Made by a program: the position numbers and the translations under genes
Assembly: GCA_030390025.1 (NCBI GenBank)
Contig: JASTWF010000343.1
Location: 248,001 to 312,000, forward strand
DNA: 64,000 bases
Source: Squalus acanthias
Lineage: Eukaryota
Direction: 5' to 3'
In this document: one piece after another, positions 38,025 to 51,025 of the stretch
How positions within the stretch are numbered: the stretch's first letter is position 1
How the letters are laid out: each line of letters begins with the position of its first letter
Notes under the pieces: model-generated
Told to the model about the DNA's origin: nothing
What the model saw: only the letters and a program-made list of their open reading frames with translations
The model's database searches: none

Positions 38025-41000
38025 TTTAAAAAGGTGCTTGATAAAGTCCCACATAATACCTAAACTGAAGCCCATGGGATTAAAGTGACAGTGGCAACAG
38101 GGCTCAGAAATTGGCTAAGAGACAGAAAGCAGAGAGCAGTGGCAAACGGTTGTTTTTCAGGCTCTTTCTACACCGGTGTTCCCAGGGGACGCTGTTAGGA
38201 CCATTGCTACTTTCATGTATATCAATGCCATGGACTTGAGTATACAGCACATAAGTTCAAACTCGAAAATGTTACTAAACAGTGAGAAGAAAAGTAACAG
38301 ACTTCAGGAGAACATAGACAGACTGGTGAAATAGGCAGACGCATGCAGATACAATTTAACACAGAGAAGGGTGAGGAGATACATGTTGGTAGGAAGCAAG
38401 AGCAGAGGCAATATAAACTAAACGGTACGATTTTAAAGCGGGTGCACGATCAGAGAGAGCTGGGCGTACTTACACAAATCTTTGAAGGTGGCAGGACAAG
38501 TTGCGTTGGCTGTTAATAAAGCATATGGAGTCCTTGGCTTTACAAACAGAAACACAGATTAACAAAATCCAGGAAGAAATGCTAACCTTTTATAAATCAT
38601 TGGCTAGGCCCCATCTGGATTATTTTGTCCAATTCTGAACACTTTCTTCAGCAACCTAGTCAAGGATTAGAGAAGGTGTCGCGGAGATTTACCAGAATAG
38701 AACCCGGGATCTGGAACTTCAGTTACGTGGAGAGGCTGGAGAAGCTGGAATTGTTCTTTTTAGAGCAGCGAAGGTTAAGAATCATAGAATTATAGAATCA
38801 TGGAAATTTACGGCACAGAAGGAGGACATTCGGCCCATCGTGTCTACACCGGTCGAAATAGAGCTATCCAGCCTAATCCCAATTAGCAGCTCTTGGTCCG
38901 TAGCCCTGTAGGTTACAGCACTTCAAGTGCATATCCAAGTACGTTTTAAATATGATGAGGGTTTCTGCCTCTACCACCCTTGCAGGCAGTAGGTTCTAGA
39001 CCCCCACCGCCCTCTGGGTGAAAACAATTCTCCTCATCTTCACTCTAATCCTTCTACCAATTACTTTCAATCTATGCCCCTGGTTATTGATTTCTCTGCT
39101 AAGGGAAATAGATGCTTCCTATCCACTCTATCTAGGCTCCTCATAATTTTATACATCTGAATTAAATCTTCCCTCAGCCTCATCTGTTCTAAAGTAAACA
39201 ACCCCAGCCAATACAATCTTTCCTCATTGCTAAAATTCCCTAGCCCAGGCAACATCCTCGTAAATCTCCTCTGAAATGTCTCCAGTGCAATCACATATTT
39301 CCTGTAATGTGGTGACCAGAACTGTACACAGTACTCTAGCTGTGGCCTAACGAGTGTTTAGTACAGTTCAAGTACAACCTCCCTGCTCTTATGTTCTATG
39401 CCTAGGCTAATAAAGCAAAGTATGCATATGCCTTCTTAATTACCCTATATACATGTCGTCTACTTACAGGAATCTGCAGACATGCTCTCCAATGTCCCTC
39501 TGTTCCTCTACAATTCTCAGTATCCTACCATTTTTTGTGTATTCCCTTTTGTTTTTAGCCCTCCCTAAAAGCATCACCTCACACTTCACTGGATTGAATT
39601 TCATTGCCACATTTCTGCCTAGCTGACCAGTTTATTGATATCTTCCTGCAGTTTACAGCTTTCTTCCTAACTATCAACCAAATGGCGAATTTATGTATCA
39701 TCAGCAAACTTCTTAATCGTGGCCTCAACATTGAAGTCTAAATCATTGATATATACCACAAAAAGCAGGGGACCAAGTACTGAGCCCTGTGGAACCCAAT
39801 TGGAAACAGCTTTCCAGTCACAGAAACATCAGTCGACATTTACCTTTTGCTTCTTGTCACTGAGCCAATTTTGGATCCAGCTTGCCACTTACCCTTGGAT
39901 CCCATGGGTTTTTACTTTTTGACCAACCTGTCATGTGGGACCTTGTCAAAGGCCCTGCTAGTATCTATGTGGACGACATCAAATCCACTACCCTCATTGA
40001 AACTCCTCAAAAAATGCAATCATGTTAGTCAGACACGACCTTCCCTTTGCAAATCCACGCTGACTGTCCTTGATTAATCCGTGCCTTTCTAAATGCCGAT
40101 TTACAATATCCCTCAGAACTTTTCTAATACGTTTTCCACCAATGAGGGTAGGCGGACTGGCCTGTAATTGTTTGGACTAACCCTTTCTACTTTTTAAACA
40201 GCGATACAACATTAGGAGTCCTCTGGCACTACACCAGGAACCAGACACAGTCGAAACATGATGGTCTGAGCCTCTGCTATGTCCTCCCTCAGCTCTCTTA
40301 ACAGCCTGGGATACATTTCACTGGGCTTCGTGATTTATCTACTTTCAAAGACGCCAAACCTCTTAATATTTCCTCCCTCTCTATGTTTATCTCATCTAAT
40401 ATTTCACACTCCTCCTTAACTACAATGTCTGCATTGTTCCTCACTCCTGTGAAGACAGATGCAAAGTATTCATTAAGAACCATACAATACGTCTTCTGCC
40501 TCCACACTCTGGTTACCTTCTTTGTCTCTAATAGGCCCAACTGTTTCCTTAGTTATCCTCTTGCGATTAATGCATTTATAAAACCTCTTTGGGTTTTCCT
40601 GGATTTTGTTTGGCAATATATTTTCATGCCTACTCTTTGCCTTCCTAATTTACTTTTTAATTTCAACCCTCCACGTTGTATACCCTTCTAAGATTTCTGT
40701 AGTATTGAGCTCTCGGCATCTGTCAAAAGCTTCCCATTTATTCCTCATACTACCCTGTATGTTCCTTGACATCCAGGGGAATCTAGAATTGGAGGTCACA
40801 TCCTATTTCTTTGTGGCAACATATTTGCTCTGAACCCTCATTATCTCCTCCTTGAATGCTTCCCACGACTCTGACACTGATTTCCCTTCAAGTAGCTGTT
40901 TTCAGTCCACTTTTGCTAAATCTTATCTCAGCTGAATACAATTAGCCTTTCCGCAATTGAGAACTTTTACAGCTGCTCTATCTTTGTCCTTTTCCATAAG

Positions 41001-41375
41001 GGGAGATTTAATATAGATGTTCAAAATCATGATGGGTTTGGATAGAGTAAGTAAGTCGAAACTGTTTCCAGTGGCAGAATGGTGGATAACCAGAGGGCAC
41101 AGATTTAAGGTAATTGGCAAAAGAACCGGAGGAGAGATGAGGTGAACTTTCTTTACGCAGCGAGTTGTTGTGATCTGGAATGCACTGACTGAGAACGCGG
41201 TGGAAACAGATTCAATAGTAACTTTTGAAAGGCAATTGGATAATTAGTTGAAGGAGAAATCTTTACAGGGCTCTGGCTAAAGAGTAGGACTAATTGGATA
41301 GCTCTTTCAAAGAGACGGCACCGACATGATGGGCCGAATGGTCTCTGTCTGTGCTGTACCGTTCTATGATTCTAT
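38025..41375. mobile_element. Old plus-strand CR1 (38025-38780 and 41000-41375) interrupted by a minus-strand CR1 (38781-41000)
   Basis: Plus-strand RT sequence breaks at ..GAAGGTTAAG and resumes GGGAGATTTAAT... The insert starts with the reverse CR1 tail AATCATAGAATT. Confidence 0.85.
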
Positions 41376-42065
41376 CAGCAGGAGACAGAGAGAGAGAGAG
41401 AGAATAGGGGGAGAGAAAGAAAGAGAGAAATAAAAATAGAAACAGAAAGACTGGGAGAGGTACAGAGGGGAAAAAATTAACTTTAAAAGTGGAATTGACT
41501 GAGTACTTCAAGCAGAACATTTCAGGGCTATGGGAAAAGAGCAGGGGAATGGGAATAATGGGAGGGGTGAGGTCATGGTGGGATTTGAACACAAGGAGTA
41601 GAGTATTAAGAATAATGCATTGCCGGATTGGGAGCAAATGTTGATCAGCGAGCATAGGCGTGATGGGTGAACGGGGCATGATGCGGGTTAGGATAAGGGC
41701 AATAGAATTTTAGATGAGCTCTAGTTTATGGAGGCATTGGAATAGTCGAGTCTGGATTTAACAAAGGCACGGATGAGGGTTGATGCAGCGGAAGGGCTAA
41801 GGCGGGGCGGAGGTGGGATACAGGAATAGTGATTCCGAGGATTACAGATCTATTTTCTGGATATAACAGTGACACCAACAGCAGCAAAGAGGGGAGAGTA
41901 AATTACCAGAACAGTAATACAGTTAGCAAAGGTTTGCAGAGTTAACAGTTGGATACAGTGATTATCAGGAACAACAACAGCAACAAGGAGGGGAGTGTAA
42001 ATGACAAGAACAGTAATGCAGTTAAACGTGCTCTATAGGATTAATAGCTGGATAGAGAGACTTAC

Positions 42066-42246
42066 CAGGAACACCGAGAGCAGCGAGGAGGGGATAGTAA
42101 AAGTGTTGAATAATCACAAGTGCCCGAAGTATCCGCGAGTTTAATGAAATTCTATCGTAATATTCTGAAAGATAGTCAATCTCCGAGATGAAACTCCTGC
42201 CCATTGTTGTAACATTCCAATCTACTCTACTCAGATTCCGATCCAT
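42066..42246 (-). CDS. Candidate GPCR first coding exon, distal (MDRNLSRVDWNVTTMGRS...QHFYYPLLAALGVP + 1 nt)
   Basis: 60 codons + 1 nt ending GGTGTTCCTG|GTAAG (GT 42065-42064). Splicing gives YYPLLAALGVP-VN-LVTIVILSR, the expected TM1 GxxxN pattern. N-glycosylation sequons NLS and NVT. Alternative in-frame ATG at 42204. Confidence 0.8.
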
Positions 42247-42294
42247 TGTAACATTCCAATCTACTGTTCTCAGATTCCGACTCCCTCTCTGTGG

Positions 42295-42516
42295 AGCAGC
42301 GCGCTGATCCCTGTCAGTGCCCGAGGTGATGCTCTCACTGACACTGTGATAACACATTGAAAGGAGTCCCTTATTAATAGAAGAGGGAAACCCTGCACTG
42401 ATACAATTAGGGTCCATGGAGACAGACATTAATTACAGTCACTAAACAAACAGCTTCAGTTAACCCGTGGAGACTGACATTAATCACAGTCACTGAACAG
42501 ACAGATTCAGTTAACC
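42295..42516 (-). promoter_or_regulatory. Putative GPCR promoter block, distal, with a 51-bp tandem duplication
   Basis: TATA-like TATTAATAAGG (~42369-42379). Homologous to 24310-24445. Unit CC.TGGAGAC.GACATTAAT.ACAGTCACT.AACA.ACAG.TTCAGTTAAC present twice. Confidence 0.6.
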
Positions 42517-42554
42517 CCTTTCAATCCAACACTCTTTGTACCACAGTAAAGTAG

Positions 42555-44530
42555 AACATTTCCCCTGTCTGGATGGGATGTATGAGGGTTGCTGAGGGAA
42601 GGAATGGTGGGAATAGTGCAGGCTCTGACCAGAATCTTTCAATCCTCCTTTGATATGGGAGTGTTGCCAGAGAACTGGAGGGTTGCAAATGTTACACCCT
42701 TTTTTAAAAAGGAGAGAGGGATAAAACCTGTAACTGCAGGCCAATCAGTCTAACGTCAGTGGTGGGGAAACTTCTAGAGGACATATTCCAGGTCAAAAAT
42801 ACCTGTTATTTGGGAAAAACATGGATTAATAAATGACAACCAGCACAGATTGTTTAATTCAAAGTGCGTCTGGCAAACTTCATTGAGTTCTTTGATGAAG
42901 TAATGGAAAGGGTGGATGAGGGTAGTCGGGTTGATGTTGTGTATAAGGACATTCAAAAGTTGTTTGATAAAGTGCCATTTAATAGACTTGATAGGGAAAC
43001 GGAAACCCATGGGATTAAAGGACAGTGGCTGCGTGGATACGACACTGGCGGAGGAACAGATAACAGAGTAGTGGTGAACGATTGTTATATAGATGGAAGG
43101 GAAGTGTGCAGTGGTGTCACCCAGGGGTCGATATTAGGGCCAGTGCTCTTTTTGATAGACATTAACATCCTGGACTAATGTCTAAAGGCATAATTTCAAA
43201 GTTTGGAGATGACACGGAACGCAGAAATGTAGTAAACAGAGAGGAGTGTAGCAGACTTCAGGAGCACATAGGCAGACTGGTGAAATGGGCAGAAACATAA
43301 AAAAAGACTTGCATTTATATAGCGCCATTCACGACCACTGGACATCTCAAAGCGCTTTACAGCCAATGAATTACTTTTGGCGTGTAGTCACTGTAGTAAT
43401 GTTGGAAACGAGCAGTAAACCTGCACACAGCAAGCTCCCACAAACAGTAATGTGATAATAACCAGATAATTTGTTTTTCTTGTTTTGTTGATTGAGCAAT
43501 AAATATTGGCCAGGACACCGGGGATAACTTCCCTACTCTTCTTCGAAATAGTGCCATGGGTTCTTTTATGTCCACCTGAGAGCGGACAGGGCATCGGTTT
43601 AAAATTTCACCCAAACAGCACCTCTGACAGTGCAGCACTCCCTCAGCACTGCACTGGAGTGTCAGCCTTGGTTTATGTGCTCAAATTCTTGGCGTGGGAC
43701 TTGAACCCACAACCTTCTGACTCAGAGTTGAGTGTGCTTCCCACTGAGCCACAGCTGTCACATGGCAGATAAACTTTGACAGAGAAATGTGAAGTGATAT
43801 ACTTTGAGAGGAAAAATGAGGAGAGGCAATATAAACCAAATGGTACCATTTTATTCCTGGGACTTTATTTGCACAAATCTTTGAAGGTGGCAGGACAAAT
43901 TGATAAGACTTAAAAACGCATACAGGATATTTGGCTTTATAAATAGAGGCATAGAGTACAAATGCAAGGAAGTTATGCTGAACATTTATAAATATTATGT
44001 CTGAGCTGGAGTATTGTCTCCAATTCTGGGCATCACACTATATGAAGGACGTCAAGGGCTTGGAGAAGGTGCAGAGGAGATTTACTAGGATGGTACCAGA
44101 GATGAGACGTTTCGGTTATGTGGAGAGAATGGAGAAGCTGAGGTTTTCCCCTTAGAGAACAGAAGGTTAAGGGGAGATTGAAGAGTTGTGTACAAGGGTT
44201 TGGACAGTGTAAATAATACAAAGCTGTTTCCAGTGGCGGAAGGTCTGGTAACCTGAAGACACTGATTTAAGATAATTGGTAAAAGAAACAGAGGGAAGTT
44301 GAGGAGAATGCATTTTACGCAGCGAGATATTATGATCTGGAATTCACTGCCTGAAAACGTGACAGAAGCAGAGTCATTAATAACTTTCAAAAGGGAACGG
44401 GATCAATACTGGAAGTGTGAGATTTGCCGGGCTACGGGAAAAGAAAAGGGCAGTGGGACAAATTGAATACATCATACAAAGGGCCGGCAAAGGCTCGATA
44501 GACCAAATGGCCTCCTTCTGTGCTGTATGA
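42555..44530 (+). mobile_element. CR1 RT/3' fragment interrupted by a SINE
   Basis: Decayed RT motifs (FIEFFDEV, SGVTQGS); CR1 3' end near 44520. Confidence 0.85.
43297..43760 (-). mobile_element. SacSINE1-like SINE, full length
   Basis: Reverse complement of the element at 24805-25250. Confidence 0.88.
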
Positions 44531-47500
44531 TCCCTCACTAACAATCCTAATGTCAGAGCAAAAAGGATTGACACTATCTCCATTTCACCCTCACCCTCAC
44601 TAACAATCCTAATATCAGAGCAATAAGGATTGACACTGTCTCCATTTCACCCTCAACCTCACTAACAATCCTAATGTCAGAGAAGAGAAAAAGGATTGAC
44701 ACTGTCTCCATTTCACACTCACCCTCACTAACAATCCTAATATCAGAGCAATAAGGATTGACACTATCTCCATTTCATCCTCACCCTCACTAACAATCCT
44801 AATGTCAGAGCAATAAGGATTGACACGGTCTCCATTTCACACTCACCCTCACTAACAATCCTAATGTCAGAGAAATAAGGATTGACACTGTCTCCTTTTC
44901 AAGCACACCCTCAGTAACATTCCTAATGTCAGAAATATGGATTGACACTGTCTCCATGTCCCACTCATCCTCAGTAGCAATCCTAATATCAGGCAGAGCA
45001 ATAAGGATCGACACTGTCTCCATTTCCCAATCACCCTCAGTAACAATCCTAACGTCAGAGCAAAAAGGATTGACACTGTTTCCATATAAAGCACACACTC
45101 AGTAAAAATCGTAGAGCTAGAGCAATAAGGATTTAAACTGTCGCCATTTCCCAATCACCCTCAGTAACATCCTATTGTCAGACACATCAATAAGGATTGA
45201 CACTGTCTCCATTTGACACTCACCCTCAGTAACAACAGTAACAATCCTAAAGTGAGAGAAATATGGATTGACTCTGTCTCCATTTTATATTCATCCTCAG
45301 TAACATCCTAATATCAGACAGAGCAATAAGGATCGGCACTGTCTCCATTTCCCACTCACCCTAAGCAACAATCCTAATGTAAGAGCAATATGGATAGACG
45401 ATGTCTCCATTTCTCACTCATCCTCACTAACAATCCTAATGTCAGACAGAGCAATAGGATTGACACTGCCTGCATTTCCCAATCACCCTCTTTAACAATG
45501 CTAATGTCAGAGCAATAAGGACTGAAACTGTCGCCATTTCTCAATGACCCTCATTAACAATCCTCATGTCAGAGCAATAAGGATTGACACGTCTCCATTA
45601 CCAATCACCCACAGTAACTATCCTAATGTCAGACAGAGCAATAAAGATTGACACTGTCTCCATTCCACACTCACCCTCATTAACAAACCTAATGTCTGAG
45701 CAATAAGGATTTACACTGTGTCCATTTCCCAATCACCCTCATTAACAAGTCTGTCGGTGCAGTAAGGATTTCCACTGTTTCCATATAAAGCACATCCTCA
45801 GTAAAAGTCGTAGTGCCAGAGCAATAAGGACTGAAACTGTTGCCATTTCCCAATGAGGCACATTAACAATCCTGATGTCAGAGCAATAAGGATTGACACG
45901 TCTCCATTTCCCAATCACCTACAGTAACTATCCTAATGTCAGACAGAGCAATAAAGATTGACACTGTCTCTATTTTACATTCACCCTCAATAATAATCCT
46001 AATGTCAGAGCAATAAAGATTGACACTGTCTCCATTCCACACTCACCCTCAATAACAATCCGAATGTCAGAGCAATTAGGATTGACACTGTCTCCATTTC
46101 CTACTCACCCTCATTAACAATACTAATATCAGCGCAATAAAGATAAACAGTGTCTCATTTTCACTCACTTCAGTAACAATCCTTAGTCAGAGCGATAAGG
46201 ATTGACAGTCTCTATTTCACACTCACCCTCATTAACAATCCTAATGTCAGAACAATAAGGATTGACACAGTCTCCATTTCACACTCACACTCATTAACAA
46301 TCAACTGTGAGTGAAATATGCATTGACTCTGGCTCCATTTGATGCTTTCCTTCAGTAACATCCTAATGTCAGACCGAGCAATAAGGATCGACACTGTCTC
46401 CATTTCCCACTCACCCTAAGTAACAATCCTGATACCAGAGCAATAAGGATTGCCACTGTCTCCATTTCACACTCACCCTCAATAACAATCCTAATGTCAG
46501 AGCAATATGGATTGACGCTGTCTCCTTTTCCCACTCATCCTTAGTAACATCCTAATGTCAGACAGATCAATAAGGCTTGACACTGTCTCCATTTCACTCA
46601 CCCTCAGTAACAATCCTAATATGAGAGAAATATGGATTGACACTGTCTCCATTTTATACTCACGCTCAGTAACATCCTAATGTCAGAGCAATAAAGATAA
46701 ACACAGTCTCCATTTCCCTCACTTCAGTAACAATCCTATTGTCAGAGCAATAAGGATTGACACTGTCTCCATTTCCCGATCACCCTCATTAAAAATCCTG
46801 ATGTCAGACGGAGCAATAAGGATTGACACTGTCTCCATTTCACACTCACTTCTGTAACAATCCTAATGTCAGAGCAATAAGGACAGACACTGTCTCCATT
46901 TCCCGATCACCCTCATTAAAAATCCTGATGTCAGACGGAGCAATAAGGATTGACACTGTCTCCATTTCACACTCACTCTCAGTAACAATCCTAATGTCAG
47001 ACAAAGCAACAAGATTTGACACTATCTCCATTTCCTAATCATCCTCAGTTAATATCCTAATGTCAGATAGAGCAATAAAGATTGACACTGTTTCCAATCC
47101 ACATTCACCCTGAGTAACAATTCTAATGTCAGACTGTGTAACATGGATTGACGCTGTCTCCATTTCATATTCACCATCAGTAACAATCCTAATGTCAGAC
47201 AGAGCAACAATATTTGAAACTGACTCCATTTCCCAATCATCATCAGTAACAATCCTAATGTCAGGGCAATAAGGATTGACACTGTCTCCTTTTCCCACTC
47301 ACCGTCAGTAACAATCCTAATGTCAGACAGAGCAATAAGGATCGACACTGTCTCAATTTCACACTCACCCTCAGTAACATTCCTAATGTCAGAGCAATAT
47401 GGATCGACACTGTCTCCATTCCACACTCACCATCGGTTACAAACCTAATATCAGAGAAATAATGATTGACACAGTCTCCATTTCACATTCACCCTCAGTA

Positions 47501-48810
47501 TCATTCCTAATGTCAGACAGAGCAGTAAGGATTGATACGATGTCCACTTCCCAATCACCCACAGTAACAATCCTAATGTCAGAGCAAAAAGCATCGACAC
47601 TGTCTCCATTTCCCGCTCACCCTCAGTAACAATCCTTATGTCAGATATAGAAATAAGGATTGACATCGTCCCCATTACACACTCACACACAGTAACAATC
47701 CTACTGTCAGAGCATTAAGGATTGACACTGTCTCAGCTTCACGCTCACCACCAGTAACAATCCTAATGCCAGGTCAATAAGGATTCAAACTGTCTCAGCT
47801 TTACGCTCACCAACAGATAACAATCCTAAAGTCAGGGCAAAAAGGATTGACACTGTCTCCATTTCCCGCTCACCCAGAGTAACAATCCTTATGTCAGGGC
47901 AATAAGGATCGACACTGTCTCCATTCCACAGTCACCGGCAGCAACATTCCTAATGTCAGAGCAATATGGATTTTCACTGTTTCCATTCCACACTCACCAT
48001 CGGTAACAATCCTAATATCAGAGAAATAATGATTGACACTGTCTCCATTTCCCGCTCACCCTCAGTAACAATCCTGATGTCAGAGCAATAAGGATTGACA
48101 CTGTCTCCATTTCACACACACCCACAGTAACAATTCTAATGTCAGAGCAATAAGGATTGACATAGTCTCCATTTCACACTCACACTCATTAACAATCAAA
48201 TGTGAGAGAAATATGGATCGACACTGTCTCCATTCCACACTCACCATCGGTAACAAACCTAATATCAGAGAAATAATGATTGACACAGTCTCCATTTCAC
48301 ATTCACCCTCAGTATCATTCCTAATATCAGACAGAGCAGTAAGGATTGACACGATGTCCACTTCCCAATCACCCACAGTAACCATCCTAATGTCAGAGCA
48401 AAAAGCATCGACACTGTCTCCATTTCAGACTCACCCTCAGTAAAAATCCTAATGTCAGAGCAATAAGGATTGACACTGCCTCCATTTCAGTCTCACCCTC
48501 AGTAATAATCCTAATGTCGGGCAATAATGATTGAGACTGTCTCCATTTACCACTCAGCATCGGTAACAATCCTAATGTCAGTGCAATAAAGATTTATACG
48601 GCCTCCATATCCCACTCACACTCAGTAACAATCCTAATGTCAGACAGATAAATAAGGATCGACACGGTCTCCATTTCACACTCACCCTAAGTAACAATCC
48701 AAATGTCAGAGCAATAAGGAATGACACGGTCTCCATTTCACACTCACACTCAGTAATAATCCAAATGTCAGACAGAACAATAAGGATTGACACTCTCTCC
48801 ATTTCAAACA
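44531..48810. repeat. Satellite, 62/66-bp unit, ~65-70 copies
   Basis: Unit CAGAGCAATAAGGATTGACACTGTCTCCATTTCACACTCACCCTCAGTAACAATCCTAATGT with an optional CAGA insertion. Confidence 0.96.
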
Positions 48811-49533
48811 TGAATAATCCTAAAGGGGGTGCATGAACAGTGAGACAAATCGTTGAAGGTGGCAGGGCAGGTGAGAAATCCTTTAAAAAAGCATACGCGA
48901 TCCTGGGATTCATAAATAGAGGCATAGAGTACAACAGCAAGGGAGTTATGATGTACCTTTATAAAAAACTGGTTTGGCCTCAATTGGAGTATTGTGTCCA
49001 ATGACACCGCATTTTAGGAAGCATGTGAAGGCCTTAGAGAGGGTGCAGAAAAGATTTACAAGAATGGTTCCAGGGATGGGAGACTTCAGATACGTGGATA
49101 GACTGGAGAAGCTGGGGTTGTTCTCCATGGAGCAGGGACGGTTGAGAGGAGATATGATAAAGGAGTTCAAAAATTATGAGTTGTCCAGACAGAGTAGATA
49201 GAGAGAAACTGTTCCATTGCGGAAGGGTCGAGAATCAGATGGTACAGTTTTAAGGTGATTGGCAGAAGAACCAAAGGCGACATGAAGAAAAACGTTTTTA
49301 CGCAGCGAGTGGTTAGGATCGGGAATGCACTGCCTGAAAGTATGGTGGAGGCAGACTCAATCGTGGCTTCCAAAAGGGAATTGGATAAGTACCTGAAGGA
49401 AAACAATGTCGAGCTTTGGGGAAAGGGTGGGCGAATGGGACAAGCTGAAGTGCTCTTGCAGAGAGCCGGCACGGGCTGGACGGGCCGAATGCCCTCCTTC
49501 TGTGCTGTAACCATTCTATCATTCTATCATTCT
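48811..49533 (+). mobile_element. CR1 3' fragment
   Basis: RT C-terminus (LERVQKRFTRM, FTQRVV) and (CATTCTAT)n tail. Confidence 0.9.
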
Positions 49534-50232
49534 AGCCAACTGTAACGTACCCAATGTACTCGTTATCACAATCAATTTAATAATTTACTAATTTTAATAT
49601 CCGGTGTATTTTTTATATTCAATTGAACAATTAACTGTGATTTTTTCCCTCTGCTGATTGCTTATCTCCAATTCCACAATTAACTGTGCCTTTATCCCCC
49701 TTTGCATCAGTTATCAAGCCCAATTTAAACATTAACAGTAATTTTGGTCAGTGTATTGTTATCAAGCTCAATTTCAGAATTAACTGTAACTTTATACGAA
49801 TTGTACTAGATATCATGTCCAACTTCAGAATTAACTGTAACTTTATTCACCTCAGTAATGGTTCTCAAGCCCCATTTTGAAAGCAACTGTAACTTTATAT
49901 GCTGTGTATTAGTTATCATGACCAGTTTAACAATTAACTGGAGATTTATTTAACCCTTGTGTATGAGTTACCATGTCCAGTTTTTCAATTATCTGTAACC
50001 TTATTCCCTGTGCATTCGTTTTCTTTCCAGTTTAACAACTTACCGTATCGTTGTGCCCCTGTGGACTCGTTATCAGGAGCAATTTAACAATTAACTAATT
50101 TTATTAGCCTGCTTATTTGATATATTCAATTAAACAATGAACTAACTTTTTTTAAGCCTCTGTCTGAGGCTGAACCATAATGTTCGAAACCTTCGTGTCA
50201 TATCTGACCCTGCAATGAGCTTCCGACCACAT

Positions 50233-50960
50233 ATCATAGGAACAGGAGTAGACCATTCAGCCCCCCCCCCCCCCACCCCCCGAGCCTGTTCCGCCATTCA
50301 ATGAGATCATGGCTAATCTGCTATCTAACTCCATATACTCGCCTTTGGCCCATATCCCTTAATACCTTTGGTTACCAAAGAGCTATCAATCTCCGATTTA
50401 AAATTATCAATTGATCTAGCATCAATTGCCGTTTGCGGAAGAGTGTTCCAAACTTCGACCTCCCTTTGTGTGTAGAAGTGTTTCCTAATTTTTAGATTAT
50501 GCCCCCTGGTCCTAGAATTCCCAACCAGCGGAAATATTTTCTCTCTATCTACCCTATCTGTTCCCCATAATATCCTTGAAAACTTCGCTCAGATCACCCC
50601 TTAACCTTCTAAATTCCATGGAATACAAAACTATTTTGTGTAATCTCTCCTTGTAACTTAAACCTTGAAGTCCGGGTGTCAGTCTGGTAAACCTATGCTG
50701 CACTTCCACCAATGCCAATGTATTCTTCCGAAGGTGTGGTGCCCAGAACTGCTCACAATACTGCAGGTGTGGTCTAACCAGGTTTTTCTATAGCTTCAGC
50801 ATAACTTCTATCCCCTTGTTTTTTAGTCCTTTAGATATAAAGGCCAGCATTCCAGTCGTCTTTTTGATTATTTTCTGTACCTGTTGATGACGTTTTAATG
50901 ATCTATGTACCTGAACCACCACCCCCCCCCCCCCCCCAATCTCTCTGGGCATCTACTTTT
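50233..50960 (-). mobile_element. CR1 3' fragment
   Basis: Begins with the reverse 3' end ATAGGAACAGGAGTAGACCATTCAGCCC, followed by RT C-terminal sequence. Confidence 0.8.
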
Positions 50961-51025
50961 ACAGTGGATGTCCAGAGAGACTTGGGGGTTCAGGTACAAT
51001 TAACTGTAACCTTTTTGCCCTAGCA

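Noticed and set aside
42247..42429. N-terminal extension of ORF 42022-42429 upstream of Met 42246
   Set aside because: It runs through the TATA-like promoter block that is conserved as non-coding at the other cassette.
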